A program made the translations under genes and the position numbers. From Octopus vulgaris (lineage: Eukaryota): a stretch of DNA of 64,000 nucleotides. Below, piece by piece: positions 1-15,903 of this stretch. Positions within the stretch are counted from its first letter, which is position 1, and each line of letters opens with the position of its first letter. The notes under the pieces were generated by a model. That model saw only the letters and a list, made by a program, of their open reading frames with translations, was not told where the DNA came from and ran no database searches. The stretch covers positions 24,366,001-24,430,000 of the forward strand of contig OX597830.1 of NCBI GenBank assembly GCA_951406725.2. Reading direction: 5' to 3'.

Positions 1-59
1 ATGTGTCTGTATGAATGAATGTATATATGTATGTACGTATGTATGTATGTATGTATGTG

Positions 60-1179
60 TAGATTTGTAATATTTATGTATGTATTCTCATGCATATAGT
101 TGCATATCTAGACATACTCATATATATTTAAATGATAAACTTCTGGAAAATTTTACAGACTTTTACAGTTCCAGTGATGGATTGGATCTGTAGTCTTCGA
201 ATTAGCTTTCTCCTTTTTGGTTTTGAGAAGCCTAATTTCTCAAGATTGGTACTTATGCAGTGTGTAACATATCCCATGGCCCTAATAATTACAGGTACAA
301 ATCTGACCTTGTAATCTGGATAGAGTAACTGCAGATTTCTCAATAGTTTAGCATAGGTGTTCGCTTTTTCACTGATCTTCAGCTTTATGTTAACATTCAC
401 TGGGCAGCAAATTTCCACAACTCCGCACAGTTTCTCTTCTCTATCCCAAATTATTATATCAGATCTGTCGTGCTTACATATCATTGAAATCTTCACTGAT
501 ACATTCCACGAGTATTTCTTTTCATTATGAATGGCTATGGCTGCTACCATTTTGTAGATTCTTATTTCATTGTGCTTGGGATTATCCTTCCGACGGATTT
601 CATTACAGAGTGTCCTAGGTACAACGTCATGTCTCATCGGTTGATAATATCGTGATGACATTTTTGAACATCTGCTTATGATGTGGGTGATATTTTCAGT
701 ATGAACTCCACTAAGTCTGCATCGGTTGTCACATTTTACGGTTTATCCTGCATCTCTATCCCTCTTGTGTATCAGGTATTTGGTTGATATTTCCTGTTCC
801 TGGATTGCAAACGTTTACTCTTTAAAGTGGGAGGTAGTAATCCGGCTATTGGTCTATGATAAACTGCTTTGATGATCGATGTTACTATCATCACGGAGCT
901 CCCTACTAACATATCCATGCATAGTCTTCTGCTCATATAGGCTCATCTTTTCATCTGACGATACAATGCAGTTGAGTCTTGCGACGTTTTTGCGCATGTA
1001 TTCCAAGTTATCAGACAAAGAGTGTTGCTCAAGGAGCAGTCTTCCAAGTCTTATAATGTTATCATCCTCATATATGCAAAGTTGGTCAAGCGATGCACTT
1101 GGTGGTTAAAAGATGTTGCCGAAGGGATATGATGCGACATTCAAAAGCGTTTTGGATCGATGTTAAGCCTCTACCGCTT
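60..1179 (-). mobile_element. 5'-truncated RLE-type non-LTR retrotransposon (R4/Dong-like), C-terminal zinc knuckle and restriction-like endonuclease, decayed
   Basis: Minus-strand translation gives SGRGL..., FAIQEQEI, CRL..ENITHIISRC..RHD, then KHDRSDIIIWD...VVEICCP...EK...Y (PD-(D/E)xK type; ORF 128-661). Stops and frameshifts upstream. Flanked on both sides by (TACA)n-type repeats. Confidence 0.85.
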
Positions 1180-1270
1180 GTATGTATGTATGTATGTATG
1201 TATGTATGTATGTATGTATGTATGTATGTATGTATGTATGTATGTATGTATGTATGTATGTATGCATGTA
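1180..1270. repeat. (TATG)n microsatellite
   Basis: Direct reading. Confidence 0.95.
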
Positions 1271-1277
1271 TGTGTGT

Positions 1278-1444
1278 ATGGCGTAGCACTGTGGTAAGAA
1301 GCTTGCTTTTCAACCACATGGTCCCGAGTTCAGTCACACTGCGTGGCACCTAGAGCAAGTGTTTTCTACTATAGCGTTGGGCTATAGTAGAGTGGATTGG
1401 GTTGACAGAAAGTGAAAGAAGCCCGTCGTTTATATATATATATA

Positions 1445-1501
<57 letters not shown>

Positions 1502-1760
1502 ATGCGCGTGTGTGTATTTATGCGTTTGTGTCATTGCGTCCGTGTTTGTTACCCCCACCATTCTTGATAACCGATGTTGGTGTGTTTACGTCCTCGTAAC
1601 TTAGCGGTTCGGCAAAAACTACTAGGCTTACAAAGAATAAATCCTGGGGCCGATTTCTTCGACTAATCCCATTAGGACGGTGCTGCAGCATGGCCGCAGT
1701 CAAATGACTGAAACAAGTGACAGAATAAAAGAGTGAAAGAATAAAAGAATAAAAGAATAG
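1278..1760 (+). mobile_element. SINE family A (tRNA-like head, CORE-like segment, internal TA/TG microsatellite, GAGTAAAA-type tail)
   Basis: Matches the family consensus seen at 46011-46420 and 63415-63820. Confidence 0.85.
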
Positions 1761-1889
1761 CTACATATATTACATACTTTCATGCATTTAAATATGGATA
1801 TGTGTGTGTATGTGTATGCTTGTGTGTATATGTATGAGTGTAATTGTACGTATATATGTATACATATGTATGTGCATGTGTGCGTGAAT

Positions 1890-2172
1890 GTGTGTGGCCT
1901 AGTGGTTAGGGTGTTGCGCTCCAGATCAAAAGATCACAGGTTCGGTTCGAGGACTGACCGATGCGTCGTGTCCTCCTTGACCAAAAGCACTTCATTTCAC
2001 GTTGCTCCTATCTACCTACCCTGCAAATGGGTAATCCTGTGACGGACTAGCCCCTAAGGTGCGGGTGGGGCAGAGGGTGTGGCATCGTTCGAATCGAAAG
2101 CTAAAACGATGCAAAGCGCATTGTGACCAGCGATGTATAACAGCATCTGATAGTCTGGTCGATCACGTGATC
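1890..2172 (+). mobile_element. SINE family C (tRNA-derived)
   Basis: A-box TGGCCTAGTGG, B-box-like GGTTCGG, body GTGTCC...TTTCACGTTGCTCC shared with 17100, 26480 and 45666. Confidence 0.75.
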
Positions 2173-2357
2173 GCTTGCTAAACACACACATATAAACACA
2201 TGTGTATATGACCAGCTGTGAAGTTTCTCCAAACGCAATTAACTGTCTATATATGTAACAAATTTCACACTTAAATTTACTTAAGCACCAGAATGAATTA
2301 TTAAAAATTAAAATTTAGAAGAGAGCGACAACATAAGCGGCGCAGGTGTTGGTATTA

Positions 2358-2554
2358 CTGTTGTTTTGTTGTTGTTGTTGTTGTTGTTGTGGTTGTGGTG
2401 GTGGTGGTGGTGGTGGTGGTGGTGGTTGTGGTGGTGGTGGTGGTGGTGGTGGTGGTGGTGGTGGTGGTGGTGGTGGTGGTGTGGTTGTTGTGGTTGTGGT
2501 GGTTGTGGTGGTTGTGGTGGTGGTGGTGGTGGTGGTGGTGGTGGTTGTTGTTGT

Positions 2555-2615
<61 letters not shown>

Positions 2616-2652
2616 GGTGGTGGTGGTGGTGGTGGTTTTGGTGGTGGTGATG
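2358..2652. repeat. Compound trinucleotide microsatellite (GTT/GGT/GAT)
   Basis: Direct reading. Confidence 0.95.
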
Positions 2653-2951
2653 ACGTTGCTGATACTACCGCTTTGTTGTTTTGACAGATGCCTTTGAAGT
2701 TGGAAGCACGACCGGGTGGTTTCCTTAGTTAATGGTGGATTTTTTTTTTCTTTTACATGGAGCGACACCAGAGTCTCTGAAGCCAGATGTGCTCTTCTAA
2801 TGGTGAGTCTTTTCCATCTGGTGAACGGGCAAAATATGTACGAATAATTTTATTTCATTGCCAGATTTCTCCTTGAAACGTAAAAGTATAAACCACAAAA
2901 AAGAATACAATAATACACTTTTTGCTTATTTCAATACATATGTACATACCT

Positions 2952-3291
2952 ATAGATATGTTTCTTTATTAGCCACACAGGGCTGCACACAGATAGAACA
3001 AATTACAAGGTAGAGCTTTTCTTTTGAAGGTTTAAAAAAAAAAAAAAAAAAAAAAGAAAAGGAAGGGGGAGTTTCGATCAAAAGGGATCGTAAAAGGAGA
3101 GAAAGAGGACAAAAAAAAGGGGGGTTAAAAAAAGGGGGAGAGGAAAAAAAAAAAAAAAAAAAATGATCAATAGGGATCGTTATCACAGAAATGTCAATAT
3201 GAAGTGTAAAGGGGAGGACAGGTGAGGTTTACCCGTGGAAAGAAAAGCCTACGGAAAAGACCACGGTAACCTCGGTCAATGAAGTCACATT

Positions 3292-3322
<31 letters not shown>

Positions 3323-3489
3323 GCAAATAAGCAACTCTCTGTTTTCGATTTCTGGGTTCATAGGACTATGCTCAAGGTGGCTTCGTCATTCATACGTGCC
3401 ATTCTTGCTACATTCACCCATCTTTTTTTAAAACATTCGCTAGACAAAACTTGCCTCTCTACTCTCACTTTCCTTTTCAAGTGGTACTT
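2952..3489 (-). mobile_element. Tx1-like LINE 3' fragment, copy 1
   Basis: Near-identical to 3620-4145; ORF2 end [12 protein letters not shown]...TLSIVL*, 3'UTR and AATAAA. Confidence 0.85.
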
Positions 3490-3562
<73 letters not shown>

Positions 3563-3587
3563 CAGACAGATAGACATACAGACAGAC

Positions 3588-3619
<32 letters not shown>

Positions 3620-3620
<1 letters not shown>

Positions 3621-3698
3621 TGTTTCTTTATTAGCCACACAGGGCTGCACACAGATAGAACAAATTACAAGGTAGAGCTTTTCTTTTGAAGGTTTAAG

Positions 3699-3731
<33 letters not shown>

Positions 3732-4848
3732 AAGGGGGAGTTTCGATCAAAAGGGATCGTAAAAGGAGAGAAAGAGGACAAAAAAAGGGGGTTTAAAAAA
3801 AAGGGGGGAGGAAAAAAATTGATCAATAGGGATCGTTATCACAGAAATGTCAATATGAAGTGTAAAGGGGAGGACAGGTGAGGTTTACCCGTGCAAAGAA
3901 AAGCCTACGGAAAAGACCACGGTAACCTCGGTCAATGATGTCACATTTTATATTTCTTTTTTTTTTTTTTTTTTTTTTGCAAATAAGCAACTCTCTGTTT
4001 TCGATTTCTGGGTTCATAGGACTATGCTCAAGGTGGCTTCGTCATTCATACGTGCCATTCTTGCTACATTCACCCATCTTTTTTTAAAACATTCGCTAGA
4101 CAAAACTTGCCTCTCTACTCTCACTTTCCTTTTCAAGTGGTACTTGAAGAAGTTGATGAGAGATTGACCAGAGAGGAAAGTGTTTGTCTCCAATCCTTTC
4201 AGACGCGTCCACCAGATACATTCTTTCGCCATAGCCACAAGGATGATGAAAATAGCTCTTCCTTCCCGTTTGAAGGAAGGAGGCGTGACAATATTGACGA
4301 TAGACTCAGCTGATAAACCGACTCGTCCCACACGTGACAGCAGTTGTTCGACATAAGCCCACAGGTCGGAAATTGTTGGACACTGAACGAGTGCGTGCAG
4401 AACGGTTTCGTCGCTCTGACCGCATCTCGGGCAGGTCGGCCCCGTGTTTCTCGAGCCGTGTCTGTAGAGCTTATCCCGAACGGGTAGCGCTTCTCGGTAG
4501 CACTGCCAGGCCAGGGATCTCTGGAAGTTGTCCATGGGCCCTGGCCCGAAAGTCGTCCTGAACAGGCGGGTCAGGTACTCCTCGTCGACGTCCAGGTTCG
4601 CCCCGAGCTCGTCGTCGTACCTCCCCTCCACTAAACCCCTATAGAATGCTTTGGTTGTGTTGAAGTCACTTAAGGTCGACCCAGGACGGCAGAGTTGCTT
4701 GAGGGCAACGCGACACTCGCGGTGCCATTCGCCCTTCCTCGGCCTCTTTTTGATCCACGACTGCAGTTCGGTCATGGAGACGAGCTGCGGGAAAGCGTGC
4801 CTCACAAACGGCGACCACACCTGTTCACCGTCGTCTACATAGAGCCAG
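3620..4848 (-). mobile_element. Tx1-like LINE 3' fragment, copy 2 (ORF2 C-terminus with zf-RVT-type zinc finger), reading frame still open
   Basis: [12 protein letters not shown]...[18 protein letters not shown]...AKECIWWTR; 3'UTR ends AATAAAGAAACA followed by (TATC)n. Confidence 0.85.
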
Positions 4849-6122
<1,274 letters not shown>

Positions 6123-6128
6123 GCGATG

Positions 6129-6315
<187 letters not shown>

Positions 6316-6369
6316 TGTACCAAAGGTACCACCCACTCCATCTAAATTCAGGACCAGGTACTGCAATAG

Positions 6370-6930
6370 TCTACGGTTCAAAGGTCCACAGCTCTCAGAA
6401 TGAGAGAACAACAAACTATAATGGTCCTTTGTAGGAATATGTCCTCAGCCGCTTGGTCTACTGCTCCCAAATATGGTCACCATAGAGTATAAGATTAGTA
6501 GCGGAACTTGAAGCAATCCAGCGAAGCTATACAAAACAATGCATCTCAATGCAGCGTATCAGTTACTGGGAGAGGCTGAAAAGTTAAGTCTCTATTCCCT
6601 AGAACGAATCCGAGAAAGATATGCAGTGATAGACATCTGGAAGATCCTGAAAAGACTCATGTCAAACTTTGACATGGAAAAGTTATACAAATAGCAGAAC
6701 GGGACGCCGCTGCGTGGTGTCAAAGATCCTAATATCGCTATCAAAATACTGGGCCACATGCTGCAGCAGCTTTGGTTTCTAAAATGACTGAGGGACCTGC
6801 ATGTTGTGGATGTAGGTGTCTTCAAAACAAAACCGAATGAGCCCACCATACAGCAGGAAATACAGATGTGGGCAACAGCATCAAACTCCCTCATTCACCA
6901 AATGCCACATATCAGAGGGGGGTTTCAAGT
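6370..6930 (+). mobile_element. CR1/L2-group LINE ORF2 3' fragment, frameshifted
   Basis: VLSRLVYCSQIWSP...ELEAIQRSYTK...SYWERLK/LSLYSLERIRERYAVIDIWKIL. Confidence 0.8.
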
Positions 6931-7891
6931 TGAAACTAGTTAAAGAGTTAAAGAAAATACATATATATATATATACAAGAGTTACGAAAAATCCACAACC
7001 TTCCGTCTCAATAAACCACTATTGTCCCTGAAAGTTTTATTTTTATTTTAATACGGATTTCTTGAAGCTAATTTTCTTCCTACACCTCGAACATTGGATC
7101 ATAAATTTACACACACACACACACACATGCATCAACGGTCGGTTTTTGTTTATTTTTGTCTCCTACTCTATCGAGCTAGTTGTAAGGCTGCCGAGAATTT
7201 TCATAGCTAGAATATATATTAAGCATTTAACACTCGTTTTATACATATTGCTGAACATTGAGGAGATGTTTATGTATTATGTTTCAACAGCTATTATGTA
7301 ATCATGAAGACAATTAAACGAAACCTGTGTATACTCTATAAAGTATTGAATACCTACTTGTTTCCTATATTTTATAAATACTACAAATATAACCATATAT
7401 ATACACACTCACATACTTAAATATATACATACATATATGCATACTTTCATACTTACTTTTCCACATATAATTTCGTTTGACCTTTTATAATATATTTTAT
7501 TTTACTATCGCCTTAAAATTGATTTTATCTCTTTCCATTGTGCTCTACACTAAATTCGATATAAATATAATTTCTTGTTAGTTCTATAAAGTATATCTTA
7601 TTATTATCGCATTATACCAGCTCTTGTTTGTATTTTGATTTTCTATATTTTATCCTAACATTTAAACTCTTATAACTGTAAAGTTGTTGTACATTTTATC
7701 TGCGTTTTCTTACATTTCGGGTGACATTTTGAGTGTGTGTTTGTATATCTATATGCTTGTCGGCAGAGTGTATGATCACACACACCCACACACATATGCA
7801 TACACAGACGCAGACTATATATGTGTATATCGATGTATTCTTCTATATGAAACATATGCAAAGAAGTTATAAATATGAGTATATATATGAG

Positions 7892-7966
<75 letters not shown>

Positions 7967-8172
7967 ATAATTCAGTGTTTAACAAGGAAAATTTGATCAT
8001 TATTAACGCGGAATACATGCATGTATACATACATACATACATACATACATACATACATACATACATACATACATGTATGCTGATCTCCCTCGACATAGAT
8101 AAAAAAGGCATATCTGAAGACAGTCGGCTTCTTCCACAGATAGAGGGGGAGGTAAGAGATAATAATAACAAC

Positions 8173-8247
<75 letters not shown>

Positions 8248-8825
8248 AAGAATGTTTTTTTTTATTATTATTACCTCAAATAACGTGGGACGTGGGTGAA
8301 AATAGAGGGACAGGTTACAAAAAAAATATGTGTATGGAGGTTTGCATTGAAATCGAATAAAATAATATTATTAATAACATAGCAACAACAATAACAAGGT
8401 CGACGGCAGCAGCAACAACAACAACAACAACAGCAACAACAGGAACAACAACAGCAGACTGTAGCATGCACTGGCCGAACAAACTACTACAACAACGATT
8501 ACGACAACAACGACAACAACTAAAATATCCAATAAATATTAATGTATTATTTATTGAACATCTATTTATTATAAATGAGAGTCATGCATGAATGATATTA
8601 ACTGCTGCAAATTCTTCTCTATTGGTTATTAATTTATAAAATCAAGGAAGCTTTATAAAAACGAAATTTGTAATATATAGGCTTAGATGTGACCATTTAT
8701 TTTCTACGTTCGCATTTTTTCTTTTCTTTCCTTCTTCCTTTCTTTCTTTCTTTATTTCTTTCTTTCTTCCTTCCTTTCTTTCTTTCTTGTTGTTTTCAGT
8801 ATTACTATTATGTTGTTCTTGTCGC

Positions 8826-9098
<273 letters not shown>

Positions 9099-9479
9099 TG
9101 GCATTTATTTCTTTGATGGTTTCTGTTCTTCCTACAACATCTGCCAATAACATAGCGAGATATTAGTCGAGGAAGCATCCCATTTTATGTCTGTGTCTAT
9201 CTGTGGCCGTTTTCCACAAAGGTTGCCGCCATAATCATCTTCCAAGTATAATATCGATCCAATACAACATGTTGGTAGTACGCTGGCCTACAAAATTGGG
9301 GCTCTTAGAGACGGGCAGACAGAAAATTCAATATGGTATCAGAAGAAAATGGTAATGGTCCTACACTGGCATTAATTAGTGTACAGTAAAGTTCGATAAG
9401 AGTTCGATAAGTTCATTTTTTGTTATCTTATTGGCGCTCATTTACTGTGTATGTCTAAAGTACGTTTTATCATCTTTTA

Positions 9480-9692
9480 CCATTTAATTGTTTCAGTCAT
9501 TTGACTGCGGCCATGCTGGAGCACCGCCTTTAGTCGAGCAAATCGATCCCAGGACTTATTCTTTGGAAGCCTAGTACTTATTCTATCTTTCTATTTTGCC
9601 GAACCGCTAAGTTACGGGGACGTAAACATACCAGCATCGGTTGTCAAGCGATGCTGGGGGACAAACACCGACACACAAACATATACACACAC

Positions 9693-9779
<87 letters not shown>

Positions 9780-9968
9780 TATATATATATATACACATAT
9801 ATACGACGGGCTTCTTTTTCAGTTTCCTTCTACCAAATCCCCTCACAAGGCTTTGGTCGGACCGAGGGTATAGTAGAAGACACTTGCCCAAGGTGCCACA
9901 CTGTGGCCCTGAATCCGGAACCAAGTGGTTTGTAAGCAAGCTACTTACCACACAGCCACTCCTGCGCC
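9480..9968 (-). mobile_element. SINE family A, full length
   Basis: Reverse complement of the family consensus, with internal (TA)n. Confidence 0.9.
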
Positions 9969-11350
9969 TATATGTCTAAAATATGTAGTAATTTGTTTCC
10001 TATCATTTAATCAAGAAGATAAAGGCAGCACATCTAACTCTATATTTTTTTCTTCGCAGCCTCCAAGACTAGTGGGAAAAGAAAAGAACTTTACTCCTGT
10101 AAACGAAGACTTAGTTCGAATGCTTGCAGCAAAATGAACTCCGTTAAAGTCACCCACGAATCTGGTGGTTATGTTTAATCGGGTGAGACAATAACTTAGC
10201 TCCTAAAAACGAAAAAAAGAAACAGAATGTAAAGAACCAGAACCGACATCGCGAGGGATTTCATCTGACGTTCTAACAATTCCACCGGTTCACTCCCAAA
10301 AATTGATATACTTTATTTCGTCGACCCCGAAAGGAGGAAAGGTAAAGTTGTCTTCGTGGAGGCTTGAAGTGAAAGCGCAGAAAAGTGTACACGTATTACA
10401 TGGCATTTTATGTATGTTGTGACGTCTCTGTTGTTTCAGTATCTATTTTATTCTCAACGGTTCAACCCAGCAAACAATGGATTTGTTTTTATGATTTAGA
10501 CAGGGGCTTCATATCACCACCAGCCACATCGACTGGGAACACTGGTACGATTGATGATAAGTTAAAAACCATCTCTAAAATGATATCTCTAAAGAAGGGA
10601 TTTCCAAGAAGGAAGGATTAAGTATTGTGGTTTGTGTAGAGGCAGCAGGGATGAAGGAAGGTATTAATGAAGGGAGTAAGAGACAGATGGGTCTATCAAC
10701 TGGCCTGAGTGGTAGTGGTATGCAACTAGATAGTTTTATGTAGCAGAGGCTTTTGTGGTTTCGGCTGAAAAGGCAGACAGGGGAGGCAGTGCGGTTTGAT
10801 GAATGAGTAACAACTAAGTACTTTACTCATTCACCAGCTTTAACATGCAATCGGATACAAAGCTTGGAATGGCAACGAAATTAAGACTGCTGAGTATTTC
10901 GTCGTCAACTTGCAGCTTCGCTTTCATCTCCTCACAAAAGTATAGCTTGCAGTGATATGGTTTCCTCTAAGCTGATTTCCCTCGCAAAGATATACCGCGT
11001 GATGTGTCCACAAGTCATCCAAAGATCTAATGAGTTATGTGATCTTTCGTATCTTCTGAGGCGAGCTCATCAGTTATACAACTCAGCTCAAGTAATTATG
11101 TAACACGTCACATCTAGATATGACACTCCTCTTCTTTGGTTACATGGAATCGTTGAATGTCGTTGTCTGAGTCAGTATCTCTAGGGATGAGATTCAGCAT
11201 GTTTAGTTATGGATGCTGTCATATATACTTAATGGATTCTTCATAACTCGATATTTGCCATGTGACCCACCGTTTAACAGTTATCAGAATCATCGAATCT
11301 AATTCTGTGATTCATCATAGTCGTTGAGTTATGCAACTCAATGAATATAT

Positions 11351-11580
11351 ATTTCTTTACTACCCACAAGGGGCTAAACATAGAGGGGACAAACAAAGAC
11401 AGGCAAAGGGATTAAGTCGATTATATCAACCCAGTGCGAAACTGGTACTTTATCTATCGACCCCGAGAGGATGAAAGGCAAAGTCGACCCCGGCGGAATT
11501 TGAACTCAGAACGTAACGACAGACGAAATACCGCTAAGCATTTCGTCCGGCGCGCTAACGTTTCTGCCAGCTCGCCGCCT
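11351..11580 (-). mobile_element. SINE family B with Tx1-type tail
   Basis: Reverse complement of AGGCGGCGAGCTGGCAGAAACGTTAGC...GAGTTCAAATTCCGCC...GCCTTTCATCC...AGCCCCTTGTGGG..TAAAGAAAT. Confidence 0.9.
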
Positions 11581-12497
11581 GAATATAGTTTTGTGGTTCC
11601 TCATATGAGGTCATATGAGTCATCTTGTCAAGCAATGTGACCCACTATAATTTGATGTATGATCCATTATATTTATGGTAGTCGTCATATTTACTTATAA
11701 GAGTAGTCATATCTCCTTATAAGACTCCTTTATCCAAAGAAGCCATTATATCTAGTCATTTGACTCATCGTAGATATAAATTATAAGAGTCAATGTATAT
11801 AATTATGAAACATATCATATATGGTTATATAATTTACACTGTAATTGCGTGACTCATCACAGCTCAACAACAGAGATGGATGAGTTTGGAAATTGTTAAA
11901 TTCAATAAAATCTTTAACATTATACAGACACACATGTCCTCTCCCTCTCAACGTCACACCGGTATCATCCTGTAGAACTACATATATCACTGCTCCATGT
12001 CAAAGTGATCGCTAGGAACGATGCTAGACACATTTCAGCAAACATTCCATTCGTAATAAGCATATTGTTCTAGTGATCACTATTAACGTCACTGAATGTT
12101 GCCTAGCAAACATCTCAGAATGATTATCTTGTAATCTATCGTCGTTTTATTCGGGTATTTACCAATAATACTGACTAGTAAAATCTTCGAACTAACAGAG
12201 GAAACACTTACGCTATCAATCGACCTGCTACAAACAGTAGACAAAAGTACTTCGAATCGTATTCTACTTTCTTTAAAAGAGGGCATATTCTATAAACGCG
12301 CTACATCTAAGGTGGGAGGGCAGAGTTAGGATACTGATCGCTGATGCTCACACTCCAACTAACATGTCCTAGGCCTAAATATCCATAACTGGTAAAATAA
12401 AACTGACGAAATATTTCATTTTTGTATTTGGTTTGCAAGATTCTTGATGTGACCACGAGTGTTAGAATATATTTTGTTGTACCTCGGGAGGATCATT

Positions 12498-12846
12498 AGG
12501 CCAATAACATACATGCATTGGTTCTGTTTCAATTCTTCGTTTTTATTGCTTAGTTATTTAACAATTTAACCAATTAACTTATCGATTGTTTGATTAATCG
12601 ATCACCAATCAATAAATCAATCAGTCAGCTAGGCTTGTCTGACCTGAAGCAGACCTGAAGTGAAAAGGACATGTCGTAAATGAGGTTGTAAATAGTAACG
12701 AAAGCACTTTGATAAATTAAGCTGATTGAATGATTGGCAAAATAATTAATCAGATAAACGTTTACTTAATTGGTTAAATGGTTAACCTATTCGCTAATAA
12801 TTCTGAATAAGTGAAATAGAACCAGTGCGTGTGTCTTTATTGGCCT
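12498..12846. repeat. Decayed foldback (long imperfect inverted repeat)
   Basis: AGGCCAATAA..CATGCATTGGTTCTGTTTCA...TTTAACCAATTAA is mirrored by TTAATTGGTTAAA...TGAAATAGAACCAGTGCGTG..TTATTGGCCT. Confidence 0.75.
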
Positions 12847-13029
12847 CATGTATGTATGTATGTATGTATGTATGTATGTATGTATGTATGTATGTATGTA
12901 TGTATGTATGTAGAGGCTAGAGGCGCAATGGCCCAGTGGTTAGGGCAGTGGACTCGCGGTTATAGGATGTGCACACGCAGGCATGCATGTGTGCATGTAA
13001 GCATGTATGTATTTATTATGTCTTGTTTT

Positions 13030-13243
13030 GGGTCTGCGAGTAGACTCGTTAATACGCCGGACAAGATGTGTAGCAACTTTTCGTCCGTTTTACATTCTAA
13101 GTTCAAATACTGCCTGGTTCGACTTTGCCTTTCATCTTTTCTGGGTCGATGAAATAAATACCAGTTAAACACTGGGGTCGATGTAATCCACTAGACACCG
13201 CCTCCCCGAAAATTTCAGTTCCTATGCCTAAAGTAGAGAGGAT
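13030..13243 (+). mobile_element. SINE family B, diverged, alternative tail
   Basis: GACTTTGCCTTTCATC...CTGGGGTCGATGTAATC followed by CCTCCCCGAAAATTTCAG tail. Confidence 0.75.
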
Positions 13244-13267
13244 TACATGTGTTCTTGGAATACGTGT

Positions 13268-13427
13268 GCGCGTAGGAGTGGTTGTATGGTAAGTAGCTTG
13301 TTTACCAACATGGTTCCGGATTCAGTCCCACTGCCCGGCACCTTGGGCAAGTGTCTTCTACTATAGCCACAAGCCGACCAAAGCCTTCTGAGTGGATTTG
13401 GTAGACGGAAACTGAAAGAAGTCCGTC

Positions 13428-13468
<41 letters not shown>

Positions 13469-13699
13469 AATATGTTTGTGTGTCTGTGTTTGCACCTCCC
13501 CCCAACATCGCTTGCCAACCGATGGTGGTGTGTTTTCGTCCCCGTAGCTCAGCGGTTCGGCAAAAGAGAGACCGATAGAATAAGTACTAGGCTTCCAAAG
13601 AATAAGTCCTGGGGTCGATTTGCTCGACTAAAGGCGGTGCTACAGCATGGCTGCAGTCAAATGACTGAAACAATCAATAGAGTAAAGGAGTAAAAGAGT
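13268..13699 (+). mobile_element. SINE family A, full length
   Basis: Consensus match. Confidence 0.9.
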
Positions 13700-14202
13700 G
13701 TATATTTAATTACTCATTATGCGCGCGCATGTCATTTGCACCTGTTACCGTCTGCATGAGTTCATTCCAGGAAACATATCCTGAATGCTTAGATATATGT
13801 AGATTTGAATACGTGTATTTAAATATGAATGTATATATGCGTTTATGTATACAGAAATGTACGCACTTTTGCATGTACGCATGGACGTATACAAATGCGT
13901 GTATGTATATGCGACATTTTAAGAATGATGTCCGTTTCATTACCTATAAGGTATGCGTGCGCATACAATTTACACACGTGATTCTCTGTATATGTTACTT
14001 CCAATAAACCCAAACCGAATGTATAGATGAGTACACATTGGAATGTGTACATGCGTGCGTGAGAGTGTGTGTGTGCGTGTATGTGTGTATGTGTGTATGT
14101 GTGTATATGTGTGTGTGTATATGTGTGTGTGTACGTTTGAAAGCATGCTAGAATGTATCTATGGATATATGTGAAGATATGTATATGCTTGCATGTAGGT
14201 AT

Positions 14203-14419
14203 ACTCTTTTACTCTTTTACCTGTTTCAGTCATTTAACTGTGGCCATGCTGGAGCACCGCCTTTTAGTCGAGCAAATCGACGTCAGGACTTATTCTTTGT
14301 AAGCTTGTTCTATCGCTCTCTTTTGCCGAACCGCTAGGGTACGGTGACGTAAACACACTACCATCGGTTGTCAAGCGATGTTGGTGGGGCCAAACACAGA
14401 CACACAAACATATACATAA

Positions 14420-14505
<86 letters not shown>

Positions 14506-14662
14506 GATGGGCTTCTTTCAGTTGCCGTCTACCAAATCTACTCCCAAGGCTTTGGTCGGCCAGAGGCTATAGTAGAAGACACTTGCCCAAGGTGCCACGC
14601 AGTGGGAATGAATCTGGAACCATGTGGTTGGTAAGCAAGCTACTTACCACACAGCCACTCCT
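14203..14662 (-). mobile_element. SINE family A, full length
   Basis: Consensus match (reverse complement). Confidence 0.9.
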
Positions 14663-14686
14663 ACTATATGTATGATATATGCATGC

Positions 14687-14748
<62 letters not shown>

Positions 14749-14953
14749 ATATATGTATGTATATATATATATATATATAGATATAGATATGTATATATAT
14801 ATATATATATATTCACACATGCACGTATATATGTGCATACATGTATGCATATGTATATATGTATGTATGCACGTATACGTTGTATATGGATGGATGGATA
14901 AATCTATATAAGTACGTAGGTATCTATATATGCATGTATGTCTATATATGTAC

Positions 14954-14993
<40 letters not shown>

Positions 14994-15412
14994 GTATATG
15001 CATACATATATACATGCATACATACATACGTATATATATATATGTATTTATGTATATATATATATATATATATATGGATGGATAAATGTTTGTATGTACG
15101 TAGGTATCTATGTGTGTATGTATCTTGTATGAATGTAATTGTGTGTGCGTGTGTATGTGTGTGTGTGTGTGTGTATTGATAGTTAAAGTTAAGTTGATGA
15201 TTTATCTATTCCCAGTTCCTCCTCCCCTCCATTATCGCACAACCCCTACCTCCTCCTATTACCCACTTCCACTGCTAAATACAAATCACCTGATTAACGG
15301 TTACATCCTGAAATAACTATTTATCTTGATAAGCAGGATATGTGAGTTTGTGTGTGTATGTGTGCGAGGACGTGTTTGCATGTGTGAGTGTATACGTATG
15401 TACAATGTATAC

Positions 15413-15459
<47 letters not shown>

Positions 15460-15580
15460 TGTGTGTGTTTGTGTATATGTGTGTGTATGTATATCTGTCT
15501 ATAAAGCTATATATACATGCACACACAAATATATATGTATGTATACATATATTTGTACGTAAGTATGTAATAGATGAATA

Positions 15581-15724
<144 letters not shown>

Positions 15725-15872
15725 TTAATTTTACAGCAGCTTAGATGTTTCAGGTCAGTTACCTGTCATACTCCCTTTAAATGTATCGTGCAATTGTTAT
15801 ATACACGAGTACACACACACACACACATATATATATATATGCACTTATGCATTCACACACACACACACGCAC

Positions 15873-15876
<4 letters not shown>

Positions 15877-15903
<27 letters not shown>

